From Candidatus Saccharimonadota bacterium (GTDB taxonomy: Bacteria; Pseudomonadota; Alphaproteobacteria; Rickettsiales; Anaplasmataceae): a DNA stretch of 32,000 nucleotides. Within the stretch, counting starts at the first letter, position 1. Each line of letters opens with the position of its first letter. Positions 1-10,359 of this stretch are shown here, piece by piece. The stretch spans positions 270,001-302,000 of the forward strand of contig NZ_CP092368.1 of NCBI RefSeq assembly GCF_025021925.1, written 5' to 3'. The position numbers were made by a program, and so were the translations under genes. The notes under the pieces were generated by a model that was given only the letters and a program-made list of their open reading frames with translations, did not search any database and was not told the origin of the DNA.

Positions 1-702
1 ACAATTCATAATTGTATGACAGCGATACAATTTAAAAGAATCATTTAATGCATTAAGTCTTTTACGAGTATTAGTATCACGACTATCCATAATCCATCTA
101 TATGCTTGTAACAATATTGCAGGTCCTAAAAACTGATCACTATTCCACCAATAACTTGGACATGATGTTGAGCAACATGCACATAAGATACAATCAGATA
201 GACCATCTAACGCCTTTCTCTCATGAGGAAGTTGAGCATGTTCTTTATTTATTACAACAGATTTATTTGTGTGTAACCATGGTTTAATTGATTTATATTG
301 CTGATAAAATTTACTCATATCCGATACTAGATCTTTTATTATATACATATGAGGTAATGGAAAAATTCTTACTGTACCTTTGATATCTTGTATAGATTTG
401 ACACATGCAAGAGTATTGATACCATCTATATTCATGGCACAAGATCCACATATTCCCTCTCTACAAGATCGTCTAAAAGTGAGAGTAGAGTCTATTTCAT
501 TCTTTATTTTGATTAAAATATCAAGTATCATTACTCCACAACTATTCATATCAATAAAAAAAGTATCTATTCTAGGATTGTTATTATCATTAGGAGACCA
601 TCTATAGATTTGAATTTTTCTTATATTTACTCCTTTTGGAACAGGATATCGCTTACCTTGAGTGTTAATTACGGCATTCTTGGGAAGAGAAATTTGTACC
701 AT
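1..702 (-). CDS. sdhB: Succinate dehydrogenase iron-sulfur subunit SdhB (partial; C-terminus runs off the left edge of the window)
   Basis: The minus-strand frame is open from the ATG at 702-700 to base 1. It is absent from the ORF track because it has no stop in the window. My translation is [41 protein letters not shown]...[25 protein letters not shown]...[20 protein letters not shown]...[10 protein letters not shown], which shows the Cys clusters of the SdhB/FrdB 2Fe-2S, 4Fe-4S and 3Fe-4S centres. The plus-strand ORFs 102-287 and 380-607 are antisense artefacts. Confidence 0.9.
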   Translation of the reverse strand, partial: MVQISLPKNAVINTQGKRYPVPKGVNIRKIQIYRWSPNDNNNPRIDTFFIDMNSCGVMILDILIKIKNEIDSTLTFRRSCREGICGSCAMNIDGINTLACVKSIQDIKGTVRIFPLPHMYIIKDLVSDMSKFYQQYKSIKPWLHTNKSVVINKEHAQLPHERKALDGLSDCILCACCSTSCPSYWWNSDQFLGPAILLQAYRWIMDSRDTNTRKRLNALNDSFKLYRCHTIMNC

Positions 703-789
703 ATGTGGTTTTCCTTTATGATTATTGAAGTGTGATAGTGATGTATTTTAAATAACATATTTTATAATATCAACTATATCTTTTGTTTT

Positions 790-1224
790 TTACATGAGTA
801 AAGTAAGAATTTGATTTTCCAAATTTTTCATGATTTCTGCTTTATCTTCTTGTTCGTGAGAATATCCAAGTAAATGTAGTAATCCATGTAATAACATATG
901 CTCAATATGGTATATTATAGGTATAAAAAATTTAGATGATTCTTTTTGTATTGTATCTATTGAAATAGCTATATCTCCTAAATCACACTTATGTGATAAT
1001 GTCTGATGAGGAAATGACAAGACATTAGTAGGATTATCATTTCCCCTAAATTTAAAATTTAAAGCACGTAAAAATTGATCATCAGCTAATGCTATTGATA
1101 TATTACATTGATATTGTATTATTCTTAATTCTTGCATCGCAATATTCATAATTTGTGATATAAATTTTTTAGGGGACTTAAGGATACTATACCATTTTGC
1201 ATTTATAATGTTTACTTCTAACAT
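790..1224 (-). CDS. ybeY: rRNA maturation endoribonuclease YbeY
   Basis: 144-aa ORF. The C-terminal [15 protein letters not shown] matches the H-x3-H-x5-H zinc site of the YbeY/UPF0054 family, and the size is typical. Confidence 0.9.
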   Translation of the reverse strand: MLEVNIINAKWYSILKSPKKFISQIMNIAMQELRIIQYQCNISIALADDQFLRALNFKFRGNDNPTNVLSFPHQTLSHKCDLGDIAISIDTIQKESSKFFIPIIYHIEHMLLHGLLHLLGYSHEQEDKAEIMKNLENQILTLLM

Positions 1225-2460
1225 GAGAGTATCAATGATTGATGATCAGGATATAAAAATTATGTATACAACATGCACATAAGATAGTCTAACTGGTACT
1301 GACAGGAATTTTTTATAATAATCAATCCCCATATATGATGTTTTAAAAAAAATGCTTCTCACATATAGAACCTGAATGCTTTTATAAAAATATTTTATGC
1401 TTTCATTTAGATAAATTAGGAAATTACATCATTGATGTCAACGTTTTTTTCTCCTAATCTTATGGATCATCACGCAATTTGTAGAGAATCATCTATGATA
1501 GACTCTTTATTGCAATCAACTCAAACATTATGCATAATATGCATTAATGCTTTACTATCAATTCTATTATTTCATTATTAATAATATCTATGATAGAATA
1601 ATCAAAAGATTCTTGTTGTACATTATATCATATCTCATGCTATATTATACTGTGAAGATTTATATTTTTACTCTATTAGTAGCATCAGTGATTAATAATA
1701 TTAGAACATATATTTTGTAAATTAATAATTTTCATGCAGTATCTTACTGTTTGTACAAACTATGATTAAGTAATATATAAAGTATTGTATATAGTGAATA
1801 TAGCATGTTATGTTCATTTTTTAATGCTGTTACATGACTAATATTAAATTATTGCATTATTTCATGTAACTGAGAATCGTTTTACATCCATAAAATCCAA
1901 ATTCACAAATCTGATATTAGAACAATCACTACTCTCAATATCAGCATTTAATATGCTATTATTATCAAGCAAAAAAAGACATAAAAGTATAGTTTGTGCA
2001 TTTTACAATTCTCAATCATTTTAGAATTAATGCTACAGTTTGTATACTATTGGTTCCAGCAAAGATTCAATAGCAGATTGTTTTAAGGATTTGCTTTATG
2101 TGTAAATATAAGGATTGTATAACAATCAAAATTTACTTCTTATAAATCACTTTACTCTTTCTACTAATTTTTGATTTTCTAGACTATATTTTCGAATATA
2201 ATCTCAAACAGTGCACTAATCATATTATGATTCTTATACTAATATAATAAGATGTCTGCTTTTATTTGTTCATCCCTATCATGCTCATTTATTTCAGATT
2301 TACTGATATAAGTTTTTTTAAATATTATTCTCTTTGAATAATAATATTAATTTTATTCAAATGTGTTTTTATATATTATGGGAAATTATGGAGTATTACT
2401 ATTATATTGAAGAAACGAGATGATTATCTCCAATTTATTTTAAAAAAATCACTTGCAAAA

Positions 2461-3009
2461 TTATTTCACTGAATTTATGAATTCTATATTTCTTCCTTGA
2501 AGCATTAAGTATATATACTTTGATATTTTCCCTATTAAATCAGTCATATTATCAAGATTTGAAAATTGTGATAATACGTATTCTGAAACACTCATATGAT
2601 CTTTTGGTCTGCTCACACCAAATCTTATTCTCAAATAATTTGATCCAATAGCTTGATCAATAGATTTGAGTCCATTATGTCCAGCTGTACTGCCACCTTT
2701 TTTTACTTTTATTCTTCCAATTTCTAGGTCAATATCATCATGTATTACAATCATATCATCCAATAAGATTGGATAGTGGTTTATGACTTTTGAAATTGGA
2801 GTACCAGAGTTATTCATAAATGAATAAGGCTGTAGTAATAGTACTGAAAATTCATTAATATGACCATATGTTATGAGATAATCTTCCTTTTTATGAAAGG
2901 GAGCAAATGCCCAATACTTACAGATCTCTCCTATGATGAGGAATCCGATATTATGATATGTATTCTGATATTTTATACCGGGATTACCTAATCCAACTAT
3001 GAGTTGCAT
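2461..3009 (-). CDS. pth: Peptidyl-tRNA hydrolase
   Basis: 182-aa ORF. The N-terminus MQLIVGLGNPGIKYQNTYHNIGF and the later GHNGLKS are Pth signatures. It lies directly downstream of rplY, the classic rplY-pth pairing. Confidence 0.92.
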   Translation of the reverse strand: MQLIVGLGNPGIKYQNTYHNIGFLIIGEICKYWAFAPFHKKEDYLITYGHINEFSVLLLQPYSFMNNSGTPISKVINHYPILLDDMIVIHDDIDLEIGRIKVKKGGSTAGHNGLKSIDQAIGSNYLRIRFGVSRPKDHMSVSEYVLSQFSNLDNMTDLIGKISKYIYLMLQGRNIEFINSVK

Positions 3010-3025
3010 TCTGATACTTCTTGCA

Positions 3026-3643
3026 TTATGCTGCTCCCCCTGTCTCTATTGCAAGCTCTTCGCTTCTACTGTTAATAGAAGAAATTCTTGCAATAGTAAA
3101 ATTTATCTTTTCAGAAGATGCATATTTAATACCTTCTGGTAATTTTAAGTCAGAGAGATATATAGATTGCCCAATAGTTTTACCAGATAAATCAATCTCT
3201 ATAGTTTTAGGTATATTATCAAGCGCGCATTTTATAGTCAGACTACGATATAATATATTTAATACTCCTCCTAATCTGATACCTGGAGATTTATTATCAT
3301 TTATAAATGACAGAGGAATATTAATTTTTATATCATTTTTTTTATCAATAAATTGAAAATCGACATGTTGTATCGTATCGAATATAACATGTCTTTGAAT
3401 ATGACGCACAAGGGCATATACCTCTTTATCTAAAATATTCAAGATCACTACATGTGTAGAGAGAGCTCCAGATTTACAGTATTTGATAAATTCTTTTGTA
3501 CAAATCGTAAGATTAATATTTTGGTACCCTTTTCCATATATAATACCTGGTATTTTACCTCTCTTTCTAAGAGAGAAAATAGCTTTTTTCTTTGTGACTT
3601 CACGTATTTCTGTATCAATTATTACCACTTGTTGTGCTATCAT
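3026..3643 (-). CDS. rplY: 50S ribosomal protein L25 / general stress protein Ctc
   Basis: 205-aa ORF with an R-K-x-G-K-IPGIIYGKG N-terminal motif and a long Ctc-type C-terminal domain. It ends 16 nt upstream of the pth start. Confidence 0.88.
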   Translation of the reverse strand: MIAQQVVIIDTEIREVTKKKAIFSLRKRGKIPGIIYGKGYQNINLTICTKEFIKYCKSGALSTHVVILNILDKEVYALVRHIQRHVIFDTIQHVDFQFIDKKNDIKINIPLSFINDNKSPGIRLGGVLNILYRSLTIKCALDNIPKTIEIDLSGKTIGQSIYLSDLKLPEGIKYASSEKINFTIARISSINSRSEELAIETGGAA

Positions 3644-3803
3644 ATTACTACCTAATATTTGAGATCTATAAATATTATAGCTCAGTAGTGAAAAATAACA
3701 TATAGATATTTATTTTGCACTACAAACTACATTTTCTAGTATTTTATGTAGAAAGTATGTATAGAGTATCAGGATTATATATCTACTAAAGTAAAATTCT
3801 GTA

Positions 3804-5042
3804 ATGAATGAAATCATAACATTTGGATGTCGTCTTAACTTTTATGAAAGTGAATTAATAAGACAAGCACTGAAAACAACAAATAGAAGAAATGTTGTGA
3901 TAGTACACAGCTGTGCTGTTACAAATGCAGCAGAGAGACAAGTAAAACAAAAAATACGTAAAATTCATAAGGATAATCCAAATAAGGATATTATAGTTGC
4001 AGGCTGTGCCGTACAACTAGATCCAGAAGGATATAGTAATATACCTGGTGTCAGTAGAGTATTAGGTAATCAAGATAAATTGCAACCTGAAAATTACTTA
4101 CTAGATCGTAATAAAATTATTGTTAGTGATAATAATACAGTAAGGAAGACAGCTCCTATTCTTTTATATCAGTATCAAAATAAATCAAGAGCGTTTATTG
4201 AAGTTCAAAATGGATGTAATCATGAATGTACATTTTGTTCAATTACTCACGCAAGAGGCAATAACAGATCTGTATCAATCAGTAGTATCATAGAACAAAT
4301 TAAGGCTTTTATTACAAATGGATATCAGGAAATAGTATTTACAGGTGTTGATATTACAGATTTTGGAACAGATATCTTTGGTATCCCATCACTTGGTGTG
4401 CTTATTAAAAAGGTTTTAAAGACAATACCAGAACTAGCAAGATTGAGACTTTCATCTCTTGATATTTCTGAAATTGATAATGAATTAGTAGATATCATAG
4501 CATGTGAGCCAAGACTTATGCCTCATTTACATTTAAGCCTACAATCTGGTAATAATTTAATCTTAAAAAGAATGAAACGTCGTCATAATAGAGAGCAAGT
4601 AATAGAGTTTTGTAATAAATTAAAAGTTCTGAGACCTAATATAGCATTTGGTGCTGATGTGATTGTTGGCTTTCCGACAGAGACACATGAAATGTTTCAA
4701 GATACTGTCACTCTGCTGAAAGAGATTAATACAGTATATTTACATACTTTTCCATTTTCACAAAACAAAAACACTCCTGCTTCACGTATGCCACAAATAT
4801 CAGACAGCATTCGCAAAGAAAGAGTACGTTATTTAATAAACATAAATCAAGAAATGATCGCTAATTTTTATAAATCTTTGATTGGTACTAAACAGCAAGT
4901 GATAGTTGAACATAATGCTCTTGGTAGAGCAGAAAACTTTGCATTAATAAGACTTGAGTCTAATGCTCAAGTGAAAAGCCTTGTGCAAGTAAAAATCCAA
5001 AGAGTAGAAAACAATTATTTAATTGGGAAGATTTTATCCTAG
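3804..5042 (+). CDS. mtaB: MiaB-family radical-SAM methylthiotransferase, most like MtaB (tRNA ms2t6A37 methylthiotransferase)
   Basis: 412-aa ORF. The N-terminal UPF0004 motif is ITFGCRLNFYESE (the FGCRLN form is typical of MtaB rather than MiaB or RimO). The radical-SAM cluster is GCNHECTFCSI (C-x3-C-x2-C), and a short TRAM-like C-terminus is present. Subfamily assignment rests on motif memory only. Confidence 0.72.
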   Translation: MNEIITFGCRLNFYESELIRQALKTTNRRNVVIVHSCAVTNAAERQVKQKIRKIHKDNPNKDIIVAGCAVQLDPEGYSNIPGVSRVLGNQDKLQPENYLLDRNKIIVSDNNTVRKTAPILLYQYQNKSRAFIEVQNGCNHECTFCSITHARGNNRSVSISSIIEQIKAFITNGYQEIVFTGVDITDFGTDIFGIPSLGVLIKKVLKTIPELARLRLSSLDISEIDNELVDIIACEPRLMPHLHLSLQSGNNLILKRMKRRHNREQVIEFCNKLKVLRPNIAFGADVIVGFPTETHEMFQDTVTLLKEINTVYLHTFPFSQNKNTPASRMPQISDSIRKERVRYLININQEMIANFYKSLIGTKQQVIVEHNALGRAENFALIRLESNAQVKSLVQVKIQRVENNYLIGKILS

Positions 5043-5086
5043 TCTTTAATATATAAAATTATGATAATGGAATTATACATTTTAAG

Positions 5087-6031
5087 ATGAATTTCTTTGT
5101 GAACACCAAAAGATACATTTACCTAAATATTGTCATGCTATGCATCTGTTTGTTTATTACCTTCGTAGTGAGTAATAAATGTTTTGCATATATGTTAATA
5201 GATTTGCCTATACATAATATAGATTCTCATGAGCAATTAGCTAGTCAGAATCTCATAAGAAAAAAACAAGCATTTACTGAAAATCTCAAAGACTTGACAC
5301 AAGTAAATAGTCTAGCTCATAAATTATCCTGTTTATCTAATCAGAAGAATGCATGGTCACAGATTACTCATCAACCCGATATATCAGAAAAGACAAAAAA
5401 ATCTGATTTTTACATTAGTATGTACCGTAGCAAAGTATATCAGGATACTCCAGAAAAATTCATAAGATGCATAACATCAATAAGAGAAAAAATCTTAGGA
5501 TGGATAGATGAAGATCAATATATTCATGTGATGCTCAAAAAGATGATAACAGGAGAAATTAATAAAATACTTCACTTTAATGGTCACATTGATTTTTATT
5601 GGCTTAATAATATTGCTGTTGGTGTGAAAATAGGAGACAATACACGTCTTGATTTAGAAGCAATGTACTCTGAAATTACTATTCGTAATAGTCATGATAT
5701 TACTTCTAGTATTGATCATTCATTAACTATGTTAGCACTTTTAACAAATATTTACTATAATCCTCACGTTCAAGATACAAGATTTACTCCATATGTAGGT
5801 TTTGGTATAGGTCCAACAGTTTTTAGATTGCAAACATTGACACCACTATCACATAATTCAATATCTATAGATCTGTCTTTATTTGTATATCAATTAAAGT
5901 GTGGCATAAATTATTCTATTTTACCAACCCTAAGAACCTGTTTTGGATATCGATTCTTTAATATTCCAATGCCTATTGCAGGTGCAATATCTACTCATAG
6001 TATTGAGGCTGGTTTAGTATTTGATTTTTAA
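5087..6031 (+). CDS. Outer-membrane beta-barrel surface antigen, Msp2/P44/OMP-1(P28)/Wsp family, with extended N-terminal region
   Basis: 314-aa ORF with an N-terminal signal-like segment (IVMLCICLFITFVVSNKCFA). Several blocks line up by eye with my recollection of Ehrlichia P28/OMP-1. DFYISMYRSKVY matches NFYISGKYMPSA, and GDNTRLDLEAMYSEITIRN matches DGPRIELEVSYETFDVKN. FTPYVGFGIGPTVF matches FSPYICAGIGTDLV, YQLKCGINYSI matches YQGKLGLSYSI, and the C-terminal SIEAGLVFDF matches GIELGGRFAF. The terminal aromatic residue is typical of a beta-barrel OMP. Confidence 0.7.
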   Translation: MNFFVNTKRYIYLNIVMLCICLFITFVVSNKCFAYMLIDLPIHNIDSHEQLASQNLIRKKQAFTENLKDLTQVNSLAHKLSCLSNQKNAWSQITHQPDISEKTKKSDFYISMYRSKVYQDTPEKFIRCITSIREKILGWIDEDQYIHVMLKKMITGEINKILHFNGHIDFYWLNNIAVGVKIGDNTRLDLEAMYSEITIRNSHDITSSIDHSLTMLALLTNIYYNPHVQDTRFTPYVGFGIGPTVFRLQTLTPLSHNSISIDLSLFVYQLKCGINYSILPTLRTCFGYRFFNIPMPIAGAISTHSIEAGLVFDF

Positions 6032-6207
6032 ATTTATCTTGTAATTAATAATTTTTTTCTGTTCTTTCTATCCTGAGTCTGATATTCTGATATATTAGAA
6101 ATGCAGTATAAAAATTAAGTGATAATAATGCAATTGCAATTACTTAATGTGTGATAATTGGTAGTATAAACAAGTGTTAAAAAAAAACATTACAATAAAA
6201 AGTTCTT

Positions 6208-8598
6208 ATGGAAACTAGTTATAATGCTAATTCAATTAAAATATTAAGGGGTCTTGAGGCTGTAAGAAAGCGTCCAGGTATGTACATTGGTGATACTAAT
6301 GATGGATCAGGCTTACATCAGATGGTATATGAGGCTATTGATAACGCAATAGATGAATCTTTAGAAGGTCATTGTGATAAAATTGATATTAGTATTAATG
6401 AGAATGGATCAGTATCTGTCACTGATAATGGTCGTGGAATTCCTACTGATCTTTTTGAAGAAGAAGGAATATCAGCAGCGGAAGTTATTCTGACGCAACT
6501 GCATGCAGGTAGTAAATTTGATCATAATACCTATAAAGTATCTGGAGGATTACATGGAGTAGGTATTTCAGTTGTCAACGCATTATCAAGTTGGCTAGAA
6601 CTCACTATATGGCGTAATAAAAAAGAATATTTTATCACTTTTAACAATGGTAACGCAATTGAACCTTTAAAAGTGATTAAAGATAATATTCCTAAGAGAG
6701 GCACTAAGATAACATTTATGCCATCAGTTCAGATTTTTAATAATATTGATTTTAGTTATTCAGTTCTTGAAAATCGTATCAGAGAATTAGCATTTTTGAA
6801 TGCAAAGATTAAGATAACTTTACGAGATTTGAGCGCTAAGCCATCTAAAGAATCTTATTTCAATTATCATGATGACTCTCAAGATCATTATGGTACATCA
6901 AATTTCATCAGACATTTGGATAAAAATAAAAATATTGTCACTAAAATTGTCAGTATGGAAGGATATGTAGAAAATTTAGGCATCACTTTAGAAGTGTCAA
7001 TGGCTTGGAATGATTCTTATTATGAACATGTCTTATGTTTTACAAACAATATCAAACAGCAAGATGGTGGTACTCATCTCTCAGGACTAAGATCCTCTCT
7101 TACTAGATGTATTAATAACTATGCTATACACGAAGGTTTTTTAAAAAAAGCAAAGATTAATTTAACTGGAGAAGATATTAGAGAAGGTCTAACATGTGTT
7201 TTATCTCTTAAAATGCCAGATCCTAAATTTTCTTCACAAACAAAAGATAAATTAGTCAGTGCTGAGGGACGTACAGTAGTAGAAAATATCATATCAGATA
7301 AATTTGGTACAATATTAGAAACTAATCCAAAATTAGCAGAAAGTATATTAGATAGAGTAATAAATGCTGCAAAAGGTAGAGAGGCTGCTAGAAAAGCACG
7401 TGAGATGATCAAAACCAAAAGTGGTATTGATAATATCATTACTCTACCAGGAAAACTTGCTGACTGTGAAGAAAAATCTCCAGAATTGTCAGAATTATTT
7501 ATAGTAGAAGGTAATTCAGCAGGTGGATCTGCAAAACAAGGGCGCAATAGAAAAACACAAGCAGTCCTTGCGTTAAAAGGGAAAATTTTAAATGTTGAAC
7601 GTGCAAGCTTAGATCGTATCTTTTCATCTGTAGAGATTTGTTCATTAATTACTGCAATTGGTACTGGAATAGGTATTGAAAATTTTAATATTGAAAAAGT
7701 CAGATATCATAAGATTGTTATTATGACAGATGCAGATGTTGATGGATCACATATTAGAACTTTGATTTTGACCTTTTTTTTTAGATATATGCGTGAGATC
7801 ATTGATAAGGGATATTTATATATAGCACAACCACCACTCTATAAAGTGACAAAAAATTCTAAAGATACTTATATTAAAGATGATGCTATGCTTGTAGACT
7901 ATATCATCAATGCAGCAGTAAAAAGATTAACTGTCAGTTCTATCTCCTCATCTTGTAATGACATACGATATATTTATAATATATGTGAAAAAATCTCCAA
8001 TCTTAGTAAACTCTATAATAGAGAGATTCCACAGAATATTCTAGAATCACTATTAATCCTCATAAAACAGAATTCTGTTCTCAAATCTAATGATATCTTA
8101 GAATATTTTACATTAACATACAGCATGTATACTTGGGAAGTAGATATCACATATGATAAAACAGCAATCCATATTTCTAAGTTATTTCAGGGACTTGCAG
8201 ATAAGTATATATTTCCTCTTATAATGATAGAACATCAAGATATTCAAAATATTCTCATTCTTCTTGATGAGTTAGACAATATATTTAATGGTAAAACATT
8301 TTTACAAGCAAAGGAAAATAAGATAAAAGTGACTTCTCCTTGTGAATTTGTTTCAACAATCATAGAATATGGTAAAAGGGGATTAGTTTTACAGAGATTC
8401 AAAGGACTTGGAGAGATGAATAATGATCAACTATGGGATACTACATTGAATCCTGATACTAGAACTTTACTACAAGTCAAAATACAAGATTATGAAGAAG
8501 CGAATGAGATATTCTCAATATTAATGGGTGATAAAGTAGATCCCAGACGAGATTTTATCAATAATAATGCTCTTTATGTCAATCTAATTGATTTTTAA
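6208..8598 (+). CDS. gyrB: DNA gyrase subunit B
   Basis: 796-aa ORF. Motifs seen are LEAVRKRPGMYIGDT, the GHKL ATPase motifs (DNAIDE, DNGRGIP, GGLHGVG), Toprim EGNSAGGSAKQGR and MTDADVDGSHI, and the C-terminal FKGLGEMN. It contains the roughly 170-aa insertion typical of proteobacterial GyrB. Confidence 0.97.
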   Translation: METSYNANSIKILRGLEAVRKRPGMYIGDTNDGSGLHQMVYEAIDNAIDESLEGHCDKIDISINENGSVSVTDNGRGIPTDLFEEEGISAAEVILTQLHAGSKFDHNTYKVSGGLHGVGISVVNALSSWLELTIWRNKKEYFITFNNGNAIEPLKVIKDNIPKRGTKITFMPSVQIFNNIDFSYSVLENRIRELAFLNAKIKITLRDLSAKPSKESYFNYHDDSQDHYGTSNFIRHLDKNKNIVTKIVSMEGYVENLGITLEVSMAWNDSYYEHVLCFTNNIKQQDGGTHLSGLRSSLTRCINNYAIHEGFLKKAKINLTGEDIREGLTCVLSLKMPDPKFSSQTKDKLVSAEGRTVVENIISDKFGTILETNPKLAESILDRVINAAKGREAARKAREMIKTKSGIDNIITLPGKLADCEEKSPELSELFIVEGNSAGGSAKQGRNRKTQAVLALKGKILNVERASLDRIFSSVEICSLITAIGTGIGIENFNIEKVRYHKIVIMTDADVDGSHIRTLILTFFFRYMREIIDKGYLYIAQPPLYKVTKNSKDTYIKDDAMLVDYIINAAVKRLTVSSISSSCNDIRYIYNICEKISNLSKLYNREIPQNILESLLILIKQNSVLKSNDILEYFTLTYSMYTWEVDITYDKTAIHISKLFQGLADKYIFPLIMIEHQDIQNILILLDELDNIFNGKTFLQAKENKIKVTSPCEFVSTIIEYGKRGLVLQRFKGLGEMNNDQLWDTTLNPDTRTLLQVKIQDYEEANEIFSILMGDKVDPRRDFINNNALYVNLIDF

Positions 8599-8907
8599 TA
8601 TTGTATAAGATTATAGATATAAAATATGCATAGCAAATATCACAGAAAGAATTATCAGAGCTTTTCGAGCATAATATATACAAGATATATGGCATAAATA
8701 CACAATAATCTTAATCTTAAGAGGGACATCAAAGTAAATGATATATAAAAATAATACATCTATTAAAGAGGCTTTATTGTAATCCTTATTAATATCATAT
8801 ATTAAATTAATATTACAATATATATACAGGTCTAAAAATACTAAAGAACTAGATATTTATTGTATGAATACTACAATTAATCTTTTTGATAAAGAGTTAA
8901 AAAACTA

Positions 8908-10359
8908 ATGAATGAATTAAGAACTCTAAGCATTACACAAATGCATCATGGGCTTAAAAAGAGAGATTTTTCTTCTCTTGAACTTATAGAGGCGCATATT
9001 GAAGCGATTGAATGTGAAGAATTAAATGCCTTTGTGACAAAAACTCCAGAAATAGCAATAAAAGCTGCTAAAGCTGCAGATGAACATTTTTTTAAGAGAT
9101 CTGATGATCTTATTTCACCATTAATGGGTATACCAATTGGTATAAAGGATTTATTTTGCACGAAAGGGATTAAGACAACTGCGTGTTCTAAAATGTTAGA
9201 AAATTTTATTCCCACATATGAATCTACTGTATCGTACTTACTCTTAAAGAGTGGAGTAGCTTGTATGGGGAAACTAAATATGGATGAGTTTGCTATGGGT
9301 TCTGCAAATACAAGTAGTTATTTTGGTTCTGTTAAAAATGTCTGGATTAGAAAAAGTGATGCACAAAAGGTTGTACCTGGAGGCTCTTCTGGAGGCTCTG
9401 CTGCAGCTGTTGCTGGATTTTTATGTGCTGGAGCGTTAGGAAGTGATACTGGTGGTTCTGTACGACAGCCAGCAGCATATTGTGGAGTCATAGGTATAAA
9501 ACCAACATATGGTAGATGTTCTCGCTTTGGTATGATTTCATTTGCAAGTTCTTTAGATCAAGCCGGAGTAATTACTCGTTCTGTTGCTGACTCTGCATTA
9601 ATGTTAGAAACAATTTGTGGATATGATAAAAAAGATTCTACATCCAGTAGAAAAGCTATACCAAAGTTTTCTAAACTCATTAATAATGATATTAAGAATA
9701 AGCGTATTGGCATTCCAAAAGAATATAAAATGGATGGTATTTCAAAGGATATCATGTATCATTGGGAGAGAGTATCTTATGCTTTACAAGCACAAGGTGC
9801 TGAAATCATTGAAATTAATCTACCGCATACTAAATATGCGATTCCAGTATATTATTTGATATGCTCTGCTGAGGCTTCATCAAATCTTGCACGTTATGAT
9901 GGAGTGCGTTATGGACTAAGAGTAAATGCTGATCATGTTGAAGAAATGTATTCATTAACAAGAGCAGAAGGCTTTGGGAAAGAGGTAAAAAGGAGAATTT
10001 TAATTGGTGCTTATGCACTTTCTTCAGGTCATTATAATGAATATTATGAAAAAGCACAGTGTGTCAGAACATTAATCAGAAATGATTTTATAAAAGCATT
10101 TGAGCATATAGATTATATTCTTGTACCATCTGCACCAACAGAAGCATTTGGATTAAATGAAACACCAGATCCTCTAATTATGTGTATTAATGATGTCTTT
10201 ACTGCACCAGCAAGCTTAGCAGGTGTCCCTGCTATTTCTATTCCTGTTGGCTTTTCTCAAGAATGTTTGCCACTTGCTTTGCAAGTCATTGGTAATTATT
10301 ATGATGAAGCAGGAATATTAAATGTAGCAAGTATTATAGAACAAGAATATTGTATTTAA
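8908..10359 (+). CDS. gatA: Glutamyl-tRNA(Gln)/Asp-tRNA(Asn) amidotransferase subunit A
   Basis: 483-aa ORF carrying the amidase signature GGSSGGSAAAVA...GSDTGGSVRQPAAYCGV and the IKD/K-S-S catalytic context. No gatC or gatB ORF is adjacent. Confidence 0.95.
   Translation: MNELRTLSITQMHHGLKKRDFSSLELIEAHIEAIECEELNAFVTKTPEIAIKAAKAADEHFFKRSDDLISPLMGIPIGIKDLFCTKGIKTTACSKMLENFIPTYESTVSYLLLKSGVACMGKLNMDEFAMGSANTSSYFGSVKNVWIRKSDAQKVVPGGSSGGSAAAVAGFLCAGALGSDTGGSVRQPAAYCGVIGIKPTYGRCSRFGMISFASSLDQAGVITRSVADSALMLETICGYDKKDSTSSRKAIPKFSKLINNDIKNKRIGIPKEYKMDGISKDIMYHWERVSYALQAQGAEIIEINLPHTKYAIPVYYLICSAEASSNLARYDGVRYGLRVNADHVEEMYSLTRAEGFGKEVKRRILIGAYALSSGHYNEYYEKAQCVRTLIRNDFIKAFEHIDYILVPSAPTEAFGLNETPDPLIMCINDVFTAPASLAGVPAISIPVGFSQECLPLALQVIGNYYDEAGILNVASIIEQEYCI

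Noticed and set aside
102-607. Plus-strand ORFs 102-287 and 380-607
   Set aside because: Both are antisense to the clearly recognisable sdhB reading frame on the minus strand.
7119-7547. 142-aa antisense ORF inside gyrB. Similar antisense or shadow ORFs occur inside gatA (8946-9215, 9558-9755, 9617-9859, 9830-10057), gpsA (11819-12139), infB (20024-20335, 21001-21198, 21788-22009), nusA (22304-22555, 22880-23122), ccmF (28988-29431) and secF (30849-31031).
   Set aside because: All lie within strongly supported conserved genes, in the relatively G+C-richer parts of those genes where antisense stops are depleted. None shows motifs, signal peptides or plausible start contexts. I treat them as shadow ORFs.
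8738-8908. Possible gatC remnant: small ORFs in the 309-bp spacer, the last ending in a TAATG overlap with the gatA start
   Set aside because: The translated peptides (MIYKNNTSIKEALL*, ...MNTTINLFDKELKN*) show no GatC-like pattern that I can recognise. Only the spacer length and the overlap junction are suggestive. This is mentioned under the gatA finding and not called as a pseudogene.
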